DNA of 64,000 bases. It comes from Chrysemys picta bellii (lineage: Eukaryota). Positions 1-12,092 of this stretch are shown piece after piece. Under the pieces are notes generated by a model. It made no database searches and was not told the DNA's origin. It saw only the letters and a list, made by a program, of their open reading frames with translations. The stretch covers positions 3,720,001 to 3,784,000 of the forward strand of contig NC_088794.1 in assembly GCF_011386835.1 (NCBI RefSeq), read 5' to 3'. A program made the translations under genes and the position numbers. The first letter of the stretch is position 1. Each line of letters starts with the position of its first letter.

Positions 1-110
1 CTGATGGGCTATATTAAGTAACTCCTGATTTTCTATTTTTTTTTAACTTGGTTAGGGCGGTCTGTAGTGCTTTTTGTTGGCTTAGATGTGTTAGCACAGA
101 TATACACATA

Positions 111-283
111 CACCTCTACCCCGATATAACACGAATTCGGATATAACGCGGTAAAGCAGCGCTCCGGGGGGGCGGGGCTGCGCGCTCCAGCGGATCAAAG
201 CAAGTTCAATATTACACGGTTTCACCTATAACACAGTAAGATTTTTTGGCTCCCAAGGACAGTGTTATAGCAGGGTAGAGGTG
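111..283. mobile_element. Tc1/mariner (Tigger/pogo-like) MITE inserted in ERV pol
   Basis: Terminal inverted repeats CACCTCTACCCCGATATAACAC / GTGTTATAGCAGGGTAGAGGTG, with TA on the left flank. Confidence 0.7.
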
Positions 284-299
284 TGTATTTGGTTACAAC

Positions 300-1330
300 T
301 GCTATGTCATGCTGACGGGTTATTGTATCTACCCCATTATTCCAGGTGGCCTCCATACCCATTCCTTTACTGTGTGCCTTTACATGTCGCACCTTTAATT
401 GTTTAGGGTTCTTTGTTACCCACTAGTAAATTTATTTCCACTCCTTTGAATATACAATATTCTTTTTATTTGCTGCTTTTTACCCATCCTATACCAATCA
501 TGTATCCAAAACTGTATCCCCTTCAGACAAAAATCACAGTTAGCATAAATATACACGGGCCGTGGGGAATTTTCATATTGCCTTAAAACCTGATAAATTG
601 TGTGGAGCTCGGCATGCTGGGCCGATCCATGGTCTAAATGTCCCTGAATGACTTCCTCTTCTAAGTTAATGGCAGCGTATTTATAACTGTGTGGTCTAAA
701 AAAATGGAATTCCTTTAGCGGAAGTTTTAAAGAGTGGCCGTCAGTAGGGGCTGGCGTTTTTACCAGTCCCCTTACCTTCCTTTGATTTTTTTGTTGGGTT
801 TTTTTTTGTTTAACAATAATGCTCAGTTATGTAACATGAGGTAGCACCAACTGAGTCTTGTCTGAGCCCGTTTCCTGAACTAGTGCCAAAGCGTTTTCCA
901 TTAGTGTTTGAGTTTGCGCCTTATTTTCCCCAAATATTAAAATGTCATCTACATATGAAAACACAAAAGGCCTTTCTTGTGGACTCAGCTGGTCTAGCAT
1001 ATCCACAACGTGCCAGTGGGCAATAGCTGGGCTGTTGTGATATCCCTGGGGCAACCGACAAAAGGTCCACTGCTACTCCTTTATTATAAAGGCAAACCGA
1101 TCTTGTGAGTCCGGATGTAGGGGGACGGCAAAGAAACAGTTGGCCAAATCAATAACTGAGAAATATTTAGATGTGGCTTGCCCCTTTTTTATGACCTGTG
1201 TCATATCAGCCACAATAGGGGCCATAGGGAGGTGTTTTTATGTTCTTATGTTCTTATGCCCTTATTGAGTCTTCTATAATCAATTGTGAAACACCAGGGT
1301 TGGCCGGGAGTTAAAGGGTGAATTCATTAG
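300..1330 (-). pseudogene. pol: ERV pol remnant (reverse transcriptase and RNase H) with premature stops and frameshifts
   Basis: ORF 827-1054 contains PQGYHNSP and YVDD. In-frame upstream sequence reads DLANCFFAVPLHPDSQDRFAFIIKE*QWTFCRL. RNase H HVKAH motif around 350-400. Confidence 0.85.
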
Positions 1331-2588
1331 TGGTATTATTTAAAAACAAAACAAAAACCCATTTATTTTAAATATACAAAACGGAGTTTTACAAGCCAGG
1401 AGTGTTGGTTTAGGTTCTAAACACTCCACATATTTACACAACATATTTATACACAGCTGTACCTAGATCACATTTGTATACATTTGGGGGCAGTTCAGTT
1501 CCAATAGAAACCCCTTATGTTTTTTTTAGCAAATTTGACTAAATTGTTCATAGTCCAATTATTTAAATCAGATTGTCTTTTTGCCTGGCTTATTTACAGA
1601 CATTCCTTTGGGAAAGGGCCTATTTTCCCTTCAGAATGGGCTGCAAAGAAACCAAGAATTTTTTTTATAATACTTTTCTTTAAAAATATTTTTACAAAGT
1701 TCAACTTCTTAATTCCTTCCAGCCTCTGCAGAGTTAACTTCTTACTTTCTTTTTTATTACTTGCTTATTTTTTAAAGTGACACCTTTGTTGATTCAGCTA
1801 TTACCATTCCAAGTATTGTTTCAGGGATCTGAATTTCACATGCCTGCACTTACTCCTTTTCTTAATCTTGCCATTATGCCCTCGGGGCTCCCAGCAAGTT
1901 TTCCAATCTCATAATTTGTTGCCTTCCTGCTTGTCTGGGCCCGATCCTGCTTTCCTCGCTGAACCGTCCCTTTTCATGGACCCAGGCTTTGTTCCACTAC
2001 CAATTTAGCAAGGAGGGTGGGCTCCTAAACTAGCCCCCACACCTCCTCGTCCCTTTTCTTAAACATTTTTTTTTAAATTGTGAAATCACAACAGTATCCC
2101 ACACTTCTATATCCTTCAGAGTGAGGTCTTACAGAAATCTACTCCTTATTTGCCCATGCTTGTGTTGGGACTTACATAACACAAACAGTCTATACCCACT
2201 AACAACTCTGCCTGACAGAGCCAGAGGGGGGAACGCTAAGCCCCCTACCTTTTGGGCTCAATTCTGCTACGACTCAGGGTATATTCACCTATGCAATTTT
2301 TCCCCGACAGATGGGTAGGAGCGAGGGCTCTAATTCTCCCCCTTAGGGCCCAGCACCTCTGCGACCGGGGCTGTATATACCTAGACAGTTTGTATATATC
2401 TTATTTGTATAGTTTTCCCTGATAGACGGGTTGGAGTGAGGACTCTAATTCTCCCCCTATTGCCCGGCATTTCTGCGATCAGGGGTGTGCACACCTGAGT
2501 GATCCATCACTTTATACGGATGGTATACCTTTTAGCTATATTTAGCAGTATTTTCAACAATTACAGTGCATGTCTTCCCCCTTTCATA

Positions 2589-2599
2589 ATTCTCCACCA
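2589..2599 (-). promoter_or_regulatory. Putative ERV primer binding site (tRNA-Ala-like)
   Basis: Minus strand TGGTGGAGAAT lies 4 nt after the LTR end; 11-nt match to the 3' end of a vertebrate tRNA-Ala as recalled, not database-checked. Confidence 0.5.
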
Positions 2600-2603
2600 A
2601 AAA

Positions 2604-3501
2604 TGTTATGCTTGTAAGAGGCACACCGGATCTTTTTCAGGGGAAAAGGCAATACACCGCATTTATTGAAGATACAACAATTAGCATGTGCATTCAATCA
2701 CACCACACACACACACACACACGCTATCCCACCAGTCACGTTATAGTTACCTGTTTAGAGTCCGGATCAATCTAGTGGCCAGCTAGGTTGATCACGGGTA
2801 GGGAGGAGCCGGGTTCTGTCAGTCACAACATGATGCTCCGGGGAAGTCTTGGCAGAAGGAACCCAAAGTTTCACGGCAAGGCCCCCTGTTTATACAGTGA
2901 TTTTTCTTCATTGGGACCAGTGAGTTTTGCACCGTGATGCTATCATCAACAGTTGTTTGACGAGTGCTTGTTTTTTTAAATTGTTTTTTTTTTAATTATT
3001 TTTTAATAAAGATTTTTAGGGAATTATTCCATTCTGGTTTTGATTACAGCTATTTTGTCCCCATTGATTGGTGCCTGTCTCATCTTTAGCGTTGTTAATT
3101 TGCCCTTTTTTGACATTTCAATACGGGTGTGTTGCAGCCTCCTGGCACCCTTGCATCTGTTTTTGGTGCTTTCCTAGAACATTTGGTCCGGTAATGGCCT
3201 TTATACTTATTTCTTAACACACGCATTCCTCATTCACACACAAAACAAAACTAATTTACACAAAATTTTATACAAAAACATGAAGTTGCAATGCAAAAAA
3301 CCAACAACAATCATTCAATTCCTTTACTTATTTTAAAATGCTAAGCCTACAACAAAGTGGTGAGCCTAAAAGGTCTGTCACTGCCTTGAAAACATCCCAG
3401 ACACAAATTCTGGCTCATTAATTTTTACCAATGGCACATTAGGCCATTCCTTTCTGCTATTTAAAAAGGGTAACATACAAACATAAAATCCTACTACTAC
3501 A
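2604..3501 (-). mobile_element. ERV 5' LTR (about 900 bp)
   Basis: Minus strand starts TGTAGTAG and ends ATAACA. TATAAA near 2890 and AATAAA at 2667-2662. Host sequence resumes at 3502 and matches the uninterrupted paralogous site near 29955. Confidence 0.75.
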
Positions 3502-3802
3502 CACCCACTTTCCTGAAACAGCCCTGCTATCCACAGCAACAGCTAGAAGTCTTAGTAGTGTCGTTATTCAACTCACCATCTGTAGGTTCCAGAATTAACA
3601 ATCCCAGCTGATCTGAATGGGGTGGCTCAGGAGTGAATGCAGAAATAGGGGCTAGATGGGGAGGGGTATCTATGAAGGGGGAAGGTGTTTGATCCTCCTG
3701 TTATTCACTAGCCCAATTCCCTTCTCCCCAAGGTGGTATCTCTCTCCCCTCCTCATGGGAGGTAGGGCCCCATCTCCCATCTCCACTCCACCCCACACTC
3801 AC

Positions 3803-3860
3803 CCTGCACCAGGCTCATCGTCAGCAGTGCCATGGCCAGGAGGGAGCAAACATGCCCCAT
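3803..3860 (-). CDS. Signal-peptide exon 1 of an upstream serine protease paralog ('gene 0'); remaining exons expected left of the window
   Basis: ATG..MGHVCSLLAMALLTMSLVQ-G followed by a gtgagt donor; 58 nt, phase 1; homologous to the copy 1 exon at 30257-30314. Confidence 0.7.
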
Positions 3861-3953
3861 GATCCATCCTCGCCTGGTCCTGTCTTGGCCAAACCCAGCT
3901 GGATCCATCACTCCGACCAAAGCCCGGATGGGGAACGAATGTAGCAAGACAGA

Positions 3954-3990
3954 TTTTTATAGACAAGACTTCTGCCTCCACCCTCCCCAG
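3954..3990 (-). promoter_or_regulatory. TATA box and GC-rich element of gene 0 promoter
   Basis: Minus-strand TATAAAAA at 3961-3954, about 95 nt upstream of the ATG, preceded by GGGGAGGGTGGAGG; same layout at 30411-30442. Confidence 0.55.
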
Positions 3991-4224
3991 ATCTAGAGAG
4001 AACAGATGTGATTGATCCTACAATGAGCTACTCAAGGAACTAAGTGCGGCTAAATTCTGCATGCAAACAGGGTGCGACCTATCTGGAATTTCCCCAATAT
4101 GGACATCCTGGAAACCAACAAAAAAGTGCAACGATCAAGGTTACCTGATACGATCTTCATTTCACTGTTTTATTAGCAAACGAATGTGCCAAGAACAGCT
4201 AGCCAAGGACAGTGTCCTGGCAGA

Positions 4225-4630
4225 GCTAAGGTTGTAATGGGGAGAAGATTAGCATGGAGGGTTTATAGATTCTAAGGTGAGCAGGCACCACTGTGATCAG
4301 TCGCACCCCTGGTATAACACAGGCCAGAGAACTGCTCCCAAATAACTTATAGAGCAGAGCTTTCAGAAAAACTGCCAGTCTTGCTTTAAAAAATGTCAGT
4401 GAGGGAGAACCCACCACAACCCTTGGTATGTTGTTCCAAAAGTTAATTACTGTCACTGTGAAAAATGTACAATTTATTTCCAATCTGAATTTGTCTAGCA
4501 TCAACTTGCAGCAATTGAATCCACCTAACTGAAGAGCCCATTATTAAATATGTGTTCCCCATGTAGGTATTTATAGACTGGGGTGAAGTCACCCCTTAAC
4601 CTTCTTAAGCTAAATAGACTGAGCTCCTTG
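4225..4630 (-). mobile_element. Old CR1 LINE 3' fragment (part of the duplicated block)
   Basis: ORF 4226-4504 resembles the CR1 ORF2 C-terminus (FRLEI..FFTV.VINFWN.IPR.VV.SPSL.FFKARL). Homologs near 13050-15500, 30730-31440 and 40240-41350. Confidence 0.75.
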
Positions 4631-4631
4631 A

Positions 4632-4945
4632 TTCATAGAATATCAGGGTTGGAAGGGACCTCAGGAGGTATCTAGTCCAACCCCCTGCTCAAAGCAGGAC
4701 CAATCCTCAACTAAATCATCCCAGCCAGGGCTTTGTCAAGCCTGACTTTAAAAACCTCTAAGGAAGGAGATTCCACCACCTCCCTAGGTAACCCAGTCCA
4801 GTGCTTCACCACCCTCCTAGTGAAAAAGTTTTTCCTAATATCCAACCTAAACCTCTTCCACTGCAACTTGAGACCATTACTCCTTGTTCTGTCATCCGCC
4901 ACCACTGAGAACAGTCTAGATCCATCCTCTTTGGAACCCCCCTTT
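4632..4945 (-). mobile_element. Younger CR1 LINE 3' fragment
   Basis: Encodes [43 protein letters not shown]; CR1 3' UTR; absent from the paralogous site near 31110. Confidence 0.9.
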
Positions 4946-5142
4946 CACGCTCAGGCAGGTTTTCTAATCCTTTAATCATTCTCATAGTGTTTGCTTGCAC
5001 CCAGTTTACTATGTAATCCACATCCATCTGAATCAGTGATCAATCCTCTTCCTTATTTACCACTCCCTCAAATTTGTGTCATCTGCGACCTTTATCAATC
5101 ATTTTTTCTTCCAGGTAATTGATAAAAATGTTAATAAAATTT

Positions 5143-6596
5143 TGATGCTACACTCCATAGTCTTCATAGAAAAATTGTTATAATATGATTATAGCATATC
5201 GAAGATGTATTTTATGCAAGATGGGTCTTGTGAGACGTCATTGGAAAAATTACTATTTGCTGAATATGATTATTCTATTTATATGCAAGTATCATTTCTG
5301 TATCTGAAGTTAGGAATATTGACTATGTAACAATTATAAGTGGGTTTACACCTGAGGAATGCCCACCAGACAGAATGCAATCAGCCTGGATGGGCCATTA
5401 GAGGGAGCAATAGGACTTTGAAGATGCTAATCTCCCACCTTCTTGAGAAGCTTCCTGGGATGCTAGAAACAACCTTTGACTCATGGCTGCTTTGCAACCG
5501 CAGGGTCATGTGATTAAGTCACCTGGTACTGGATTCCATGATAGAATACGAGTATTTTTCCACTGGGGGTCGGGGGGATCCACACTGGCAAACAAAGGGT
5601 TCCCGCCATATGTAAAACCTATTTAAGACAGGGGAGTGATTTAATCAGTCTTCACTCTTCACTGAATCCCCGCCCACGATGACTGCTGGAAACATCTAAG
5701 AAACAAAGACAAAATGGGGGGGAGAACAGCCAAGCCCAGGCTGGAAAAGGTATCTGGCCTGTGAAAGAAATACCTAAAACAACATTTAGGATGAGAAATT
5801 TCTATATGTAACCCATTTCTTTAGTGTATTATGCTTAGTTTATGTGTTTGTTTTATTTGTTCAGTAATCTGCTTTGATCTGTTTGCTATCCCTTATAATC
5901 ACTTAAAATCTATCCTTTGTAGTTAATAAACTTGTTTTTGCTTTCTCTAAAACCAGTTTATGGAATTCATAACTGGGGGGGCAAAAAGCTGTGCATATCT
6001 TCCTCCACATTGAGGGAGGGGGCAAATTCCATGAGCTTACACCAGGGGTCAGCAACCTTTCAGCAGTGGTGTGCTGAGTCTTCATTTATTCACTCTAATT
6101 TAATGTTTCGTGTGCCAGTAATAAATTTTAACGTTTTTAGAAGATCTCTTTCTATAAGTCTATAATATATAACTAAACTATTGTTGTATGTAAAGTAAAT
6201 AAGATTTTAAACATGTTTAAGAAGCTTTATTTAAAATTAAATTAAAATGCAGAGCCCCCCGGACCAGTGGCCAGGACCCGGGCAGTGTGAGTGCCACTGA
6301 AAATCAACTTGTGTGCCACCTTCGGCACGCATGCCATAGGTTGCCTACCCCTGGTTTACGCTGTACAGTTCTCTGTGCAGAGCAAGACAATACAATTTCC
6401 TAGCCGAGTCTTCCCACGCAGAACTGATCTCAGTGTCTGTATCTTTCTGCAGCTGGGTGTGTCCCTACCTGTGTGTGCGTTGGAGGAGGCTTGAGGGCCT
6501 CGCTCAGCAGGACAGTGTAAGGGAGTGGTGGAACAGGTGGGCTCAGTTGTACCCCAGTTCATCAGGTGGCACTCCGGAGTGGGGGGTAACCTGTCA
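5143..6596 (+). mobile_element. LTR-like element (probable solo LTR), shared with 31593-32680
   Basis: TG start, AATAAA near 5925, long near-identical copy in the second duplication unit; no coding capacity. Confidence 0.55.
6043..6353. mobile_element. Non-autonomous hAT DNA transposon
   Basis: TIR CAGGGGTCAGCAACC / GGTTGCCTACCCCTG; 8-bp TSD GCTTACAC / GTTTACGC; empty site GTTTACGC near 32463. Confidence 0.85.
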
Positions 6597-6950
6597 AAAA
6601 ATGTTGATAAATTAAAAGTAATGCACATTGGAAAACATAATTCTAACTATAAACACAAAATGATGGTATCTAAAGTAACTGTTACCACTCAAGAAAGAGA
6701 TCTTGGAGTCATCGTGGATCGATCTCTAAAAATATCCACTTAATGTGCAGCGGCAGTCAAAAAATAATGTTGGAGCCATTAGGAAAATGAGAGATAATAC
6801 ACCAGAAAATATCATAATGCCACCATATCAGTCCATTACATACCCACTCATTGAATGCTGTGTGCAGTTCTGATCGCCACATTGCAAAAAATATATATTA
6901 GAATTGGAAAAGGACCAGAGAGGGCCCACACAAATGATTACGTTTATGGA
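6597..6950 (+). mobile_element. Old CR1 fragment
   Basis: KLKVMHIGK...[10 protein letters not shown] in ORF 6525-6743, followed by degenerate CR1 ORF2 sequence. Confidence 0.7.
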
Positions 6951-7150
6951 GCCATAGGCACTGACTCAGTGGGTGCTCCGGGGCTGGAGCACCCACAGAA
7001 AAAAATAGTGGGTGCTTAGCACCCACCAGCAGCCTCACGGATGAGCACCTCCTCCTCTCTCCCAGTGCCTGCCGCTCGCTGTGATCAACTGTTCAACGGC
7101 ATGCCGGAGGTTCTGGGGAGGAGGGGGAGGAGTGGGGTGGGAAGAGGCAG

Positions 7151-7890
7151 GTGTGACATAAGTGTAATATAATATCTCATTGAAAGATGACAGGACCAGA
7201 AAGAATTAATTAACTCACAGACTGACCTGACCCATGGCCAAACTTTAGAGACTGGTTAGGAAGATATGTAAATGAATAGAGATTTGAAATGCAAGCCTCC
7301 ATTGTTAGATATAGAAGGGTAGATGTTTGCTCAGGTCTTGTGATGTACGCAAACAAGTCTTGTCTATTACCATGGCTTTGATTCAAAGATCAAAAAAGGA
7401 GTATTAATATTTAGGAAGACATTGGAGTGAAATAGTATTATTGTCTATGTGTCTCTTTGAAGGTTGTGGTAACCTGTATCTGAACTGTTTAATGGATAAA
7501 TTACCCTGTGCTAATTGCCATGGTGTTTGGGAGAAGGAAAGTTAAGCCTATTGTTTTCTCAGGCCAAAAGGCTGCTGGAAATTTATAAAAACCCTGGGAC
7601 ATGATCCTTCTTCATCTCAGATCTGCTTTGGATTTCAAGACAGGGAAACCCTGAACCATAAGGATTGAGATGCCCAGTCATTGATTGGTGTCACCCTGGG
7701 CTATAACCTATGGACTATTTCTAAAAGGACTTTTGGCAACTACAAGCTCATCTCTGCTATGTATCTGAACCTCAAGAATTGAATTCAAGTCTGTCTGTAT
7801 ATTGATCTTTTAACCAACACGCTCTCTCTTCTTTTTTAATAAATTTTAGCTTAGTTAATAAGGATTGGCTATAGCATGTATTTGGGATAA
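7151..7890 (+). mobile_element. LTR-like element
   Basis: Starts TGTGACATAAG; TATA-like TTTATAAAA near 7580; AATAAA near 7838; boundaries approximate. Confidence 0.4.
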
Positions 7891-8434
7891 GATGCTGCAA
7901 TGTCCGTCGCAGAAGGTTAACGGGGATTTGAGCTCAGATTGTCATCCGTCCTGAGGATGTCTTGGATATTGTAAGATGGTGTGCTTTAAAGTTCCAAAGA
8001 GTCCTTTCAAGAATCAGTTCATTAGGTTATAGTCCAATGCCCAACTAGCCAATATCACAGTGATCCAGAATGGAACTGGAGAGCTCAGTCTTGTGACTCA
8101 AACTTCCCCTGATGAAGCTTAAGCAGATCTGAGATGAAGGGATCAGGGCCCAATAATTTTTTATAGATCCCTGGCAGGCTATTGTGAGCCTCTTGTTCTT
8201 TGGGTGAAGAATAAGGTCTTTGAAGTAACCTCCTATTTCCCAAGTATCTCCAATTATTAGCTACAGGGATTAACATAAGGCTATTGCCTATCTCCCACCA
8301 TTTACAGGTAGTTTGCCACATACTTCAAAGAGAAATGAAGACAGTGATATCACTACATGTACAGTTCATTTAAATGCTAACATCTCCTTTTGATCTCTGA
8401 ATTAACGGAATACAGTGATAGACAGGAACTGTTT

Positions 8435-9160
8435 GGTTGCATTGGGAAAAGACTGTCTAGGAAGGAGTACGGCAGAAAGGGATCTAGGGGTTATAGTGGA
8501 CCACAAGCTAAATATGAGTCAACAGTGTGATGCTGTTGCAAAAAAAGCAAACATGATTCTGGGATGCATTAACAGGTGTGTTGTGAGCAAGACACGAGAA
8601 GTCATTCTTCCACTCTACTCTGCTCTGGTTAGGCCTCAGCTGGAGTATTGTGTCCAGTTCTGGGCGCCGCATTTTAAAAAAGATGTGGAGAAATTGGAAA
8701 GGGTCCAAAGAAGAGCAACAAGAATGATTAAAGGTCTTGAGAACATGACCTATGAAGGAAGGCTGAAAGAACTGGGTTTGTTTAGTTTGGAAAAGAGAAG
8801 ACTGGGAGGGGACATGATAGCAGTTTTCAGGTATCTAAAAGGATGTCATAAGGAGGAGGGAGAGAACTTGTTCACCTTAGCCTCCAAGGATAAAACCAGA
8901 AACAATGGGTTTAAACTGCAGCAAGGGAGGTCTAGGTTGGACATCAGGAAAAAGTTCCTAACTGTCAGGGTGGCTAAACACTGGAACAAATTGCCTAGGG
9001 AGGTTGTGGAATCTCCGTCTCTGGAGATATTTAAGAGTAGGTTAGATAAATGTCTATCAGGGATGGTCTAGACAGTATTTGGTCCTGCCATGCGGGCAGG
9101 GGACTGGACTCGATGACCTCTCGAGGTCCCTTCCAGTCCTATAATCTATGAATCTATGAA
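8435..9160 (+). mobile_element. 5'-truncated CR1 LINE (ORF2 C-terminus plus 3' UTR)
   Basis: ORF 8415-9071 reads [26 protein letters not shown]...[17 protein letters not shown]...; ends in the (AATCTATG)n tail. Confidence 0.95.
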
Positions 9161-10666
9161 TTGTTAAAATCTAACAATATATATGTAAATGCTCAAAAAG
9201 ACAAACATCTACTAATATGTCTTTAAAGGCTGAGTCAGTATGTGGTGGGAAAAACTTTGCTTTGAACTTGACATACTCTGTTAAATTGGGCATTATTTGC
9301 GTTTTATGTTTATTTATCTTTAAACCATGTCTGACTTTTATGCCTCATTAGTTGTACTCACTTAATCTGTACTCACCTGTAATCACAGGGCTCTATCTAA
9401 TAAACTTGTTTTATTGCTTTATCTAATCCAGTGTGTTCATAACTCCTTTGGGGTAACAAGTTGTGTGCATATTATTCCCTTAAGGGAATAAGACTTAATA
9501 TATTTGCACTATCATGGAGAGGGCTAGGCAGGATAGGACACACATTTCGGGGGGGAGGGGGAATTGGGACTAGGGGTGTGTTGGGGTTGCCCCGTGATAA
9601 TCTTTAGGGCTGGTAAAATCCCGGGTGTGCCTACAGCACACACACACCCATGGCAGGGAGTGACTTGATTTCTGGATGCTGTTTGGGAACAGTCCAGGCT
9701 GGAAGCTACAGATGCAAGACATTGTAAAGGCAGGGGTGACACAGCTGAATTGGGGATATTCGTTTGGGTTTGTCACCGATTTGTCCATAATAAAGCCAAA
9801 GTGGAGTTGGTTTAGCAGAGGGTAAGGGAGAGATTCAAAATAAAGGCAAGGAATGTGATGAGGAAACAGAAGGTTACAGGTAGCAGAAAAACATAAAACA
9901 CAGTCTACAGCCTGTACCTGTTAGCAAGGTACTGTCCTGTATATTAGGGTGTTTCTCACCCAATATTAGTTCTTCTAGCACATGAGTGGGAGAGTTTGGA
10001 CATGTCTGTGTTGCAAGTGCTTAGGGAGTGAAGAAAGAGCAGGCAGCGCTGGGATTATTATGGGGTTGAGGCTACCATGGAGGTTAGGTTAAGGTTATCA
10101 TGGGTATAGGGTTATCATCAGGATTAGGGCTCAGGTGGTGTCAAGGGGGACCAGAAAATGAAAAGAGAGAATCGTGCGTCCCATTGAAATCACAAGGCTA
10201 ATTCTGGGAGGCGGAATGCCATGATGCTGGAAACACCTGAGTTCCCTTGTAATTCATTGGCACAGCCCCAGGGTGCTTAAAGGTAAAATAATTATTTACA
10301 TAGGCCAATTAAATTAACACAAGCCGTCTTGGTAAAACTTTAACTCATCCTGCCTTGGTTCTGCCAAAAGAAAGAAAGAAAGAAGCCAATCCGATATTTT
10401 AAACTTCACCCTAACCCCAATGACAGACTTTGTCATAATGCCAATGATAACCTTCACCCTATGATACCCTTAACCCTAACACAATGCTAACCTTAACCTT
10501 TATCCCTAACCCCAATGATACCACCTTGTTCCCTCTGCTCTAACCCGCTAGATCCCACTCCCTTCCCACAGCTGGGTATAGGACCCAGGAGTCCTGGCTC
10601 CCAGCCTCGTTCTCATTCCACATGCACAGGACAGGTAAGGCTGGTGTTTTGCTGTGGGCGTCTTAC

Positions 10667-11165
10667 CTGCTTGATTCAAACTCCCCTGGGCAGCTGGGGG
10701 GTGAAGAAAGAGAAGGGAAAGATAATAATGTGTGTGTGTGGGGGGGTGTTATACACAATCACTGCATGGTGTATGTGGGGGAATGGGTGCCAGTAGCTCC
10801 ACCCACAGTTCCCAAGCTCCATCCACTCTCCTGAAACAGCCCTGCTATGCTCAGCAACAGTTAAAAATCTTAGCAGTTATTCAACTTGTCATTTGTAGGT
10901 TCCAGAGTTAACATTCCCCACTGATCTGAATGGAGGTGGCTCAGGATTGAATGCAGAAATCCAGGCTGCATGGGCGGGGCGGGTCTATGAATGGTGAAAG
11001 GGTTGGATCCCCCTGGTATTCATTAGCCCAATTCCCTTCTCCCATCAGACTGTATCTTTCCCCCCTCCCCATGGAAGGTAGGGGCCGGTTCCTACATCCC
11101 CACTCCACCCTCACGCTGCACCAGACTCATCACCAGAAATGCTAGGAGCAGTGGAGACAACCCAT
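10667..11165 (-). pseudogene. Orphan protease 5' relic (Y-A): frameshifted signal exon 11115-11165 and intact 27-nt mini-exon 10667-10693
   Basis: ATG GGT TGT CTC CAC TGC TCC TAG stops early; the shifted frame gives LLLAFLVMSLVQ then a gtgagg donor. Mini-exon has AG/GT sites. No catalytic exons found downstream. Confidence 0.7.
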
Positions 11166-12092
11166 GAACCAGGCTCACCTCATCCTGCCTTGGCCAACCC
11201 CAGCTGCCTCCATTGCTCTGACTGAACCCTGCCTGAAGAGTGAATGCACCGGAGCAGGCTTTTAGAGACAGAGCCTCCTGCCGCCACCCTCCCTAGATCT
11301 GTGGAAAATAGATGTGACCAATCCCTGAATGAGCCACTCCTGGAAACAATGTCTGCCAAACAGGGCCATAACCGGGGCAGGGCTAGCGGGGTAGCCTCCT
11401 AGGGTGCAGCGCCACAGGGCTGGAAAAACGGAACAGTGTTGGGGGGGGAACATGGAGTCACATGCCTCCCCCCAGATCTCGGCCTTCCCTTTAGCACAGA
11501 GGTTTTCAGTGTTTGGCGTGTCCCCCTACAGTTTGAGAACCGTCACCATGTCCCAGGAGCTGGCGGGTCGGAAGCTGGTGGGAGCCACCCAACCTACTCT
11601 GGCAATTGCCTCTCTGTGCTGTGGGAGCCGGGGCACTGGCTGGCTACCCGGCAGCCCTCCCTGCCCTGCTCCCCGAGCCCGGCCACCTCTGCAAAGCACA
11701 GGTGCTCCCCAGGTAGCGCACGTGCCACAGCTCCGAGCTGCACCCCTGACATGCTCCGGGCTCTGCTGCTGCTGGTCCCTGGGCGGTGAGCTGCTGAGAG
11801 GCAGATGCCCAAGCAGGGATGAGTACTGCAGGGAGACCTCGGGGAGCATCGCATGACAGCCAGGGTCGGCTCCAGGGGGCATCGCCAGCCAGTGCCGGCC
11901 TCCGTCAGGGCAGAGGCAAGAGCTCATCAAGGCAGCCAACCAGCACCAGAGCTCCCGCAGCATGGAGAGCCTGGGGCCCAAGTGGGCCGGGCAGCTCCCA
12001 CCAGCCTGTGATCTGCTGGCAGAAATTTGAAAACCTCTGTGCTAAATGGAAGGCAGAAATTTGGTCCCCTCCATGTGTTGCCTCTTGGGGGC

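Larger units (their letters stand above)
1..2603 (-). mobile_element. Degenerate endogenous retrovirus internal region (class III / ERV-L- or spuma-related-like); continues beyond the left edge
   Basis: Minus-strand translation gives RT motifs TIDYRRLNK, KYFSVIDLANCFFAVPL, LPQGYHNSP and YVDD, RNase H motif KVRHVKAH...WNNGVD, and QELLNIAHQ (start of integrase Zn domain) near base 1. Stops and frameshifts present. Adjacent PBS and LTR. Confidence 0.85.

Noticed and set aside
8115-8140. CTGATGA-containing sequence as another hammerhead
   Set aside because: No downstream stem II or GAAA motif.
8415-9071. 218-aa ORF (and the 251-aa ORF at 24944-25699) as host genes
   Set aside because: These are CR1 ORF2 C-terminal fragments from 5'-truncated LINE copies.
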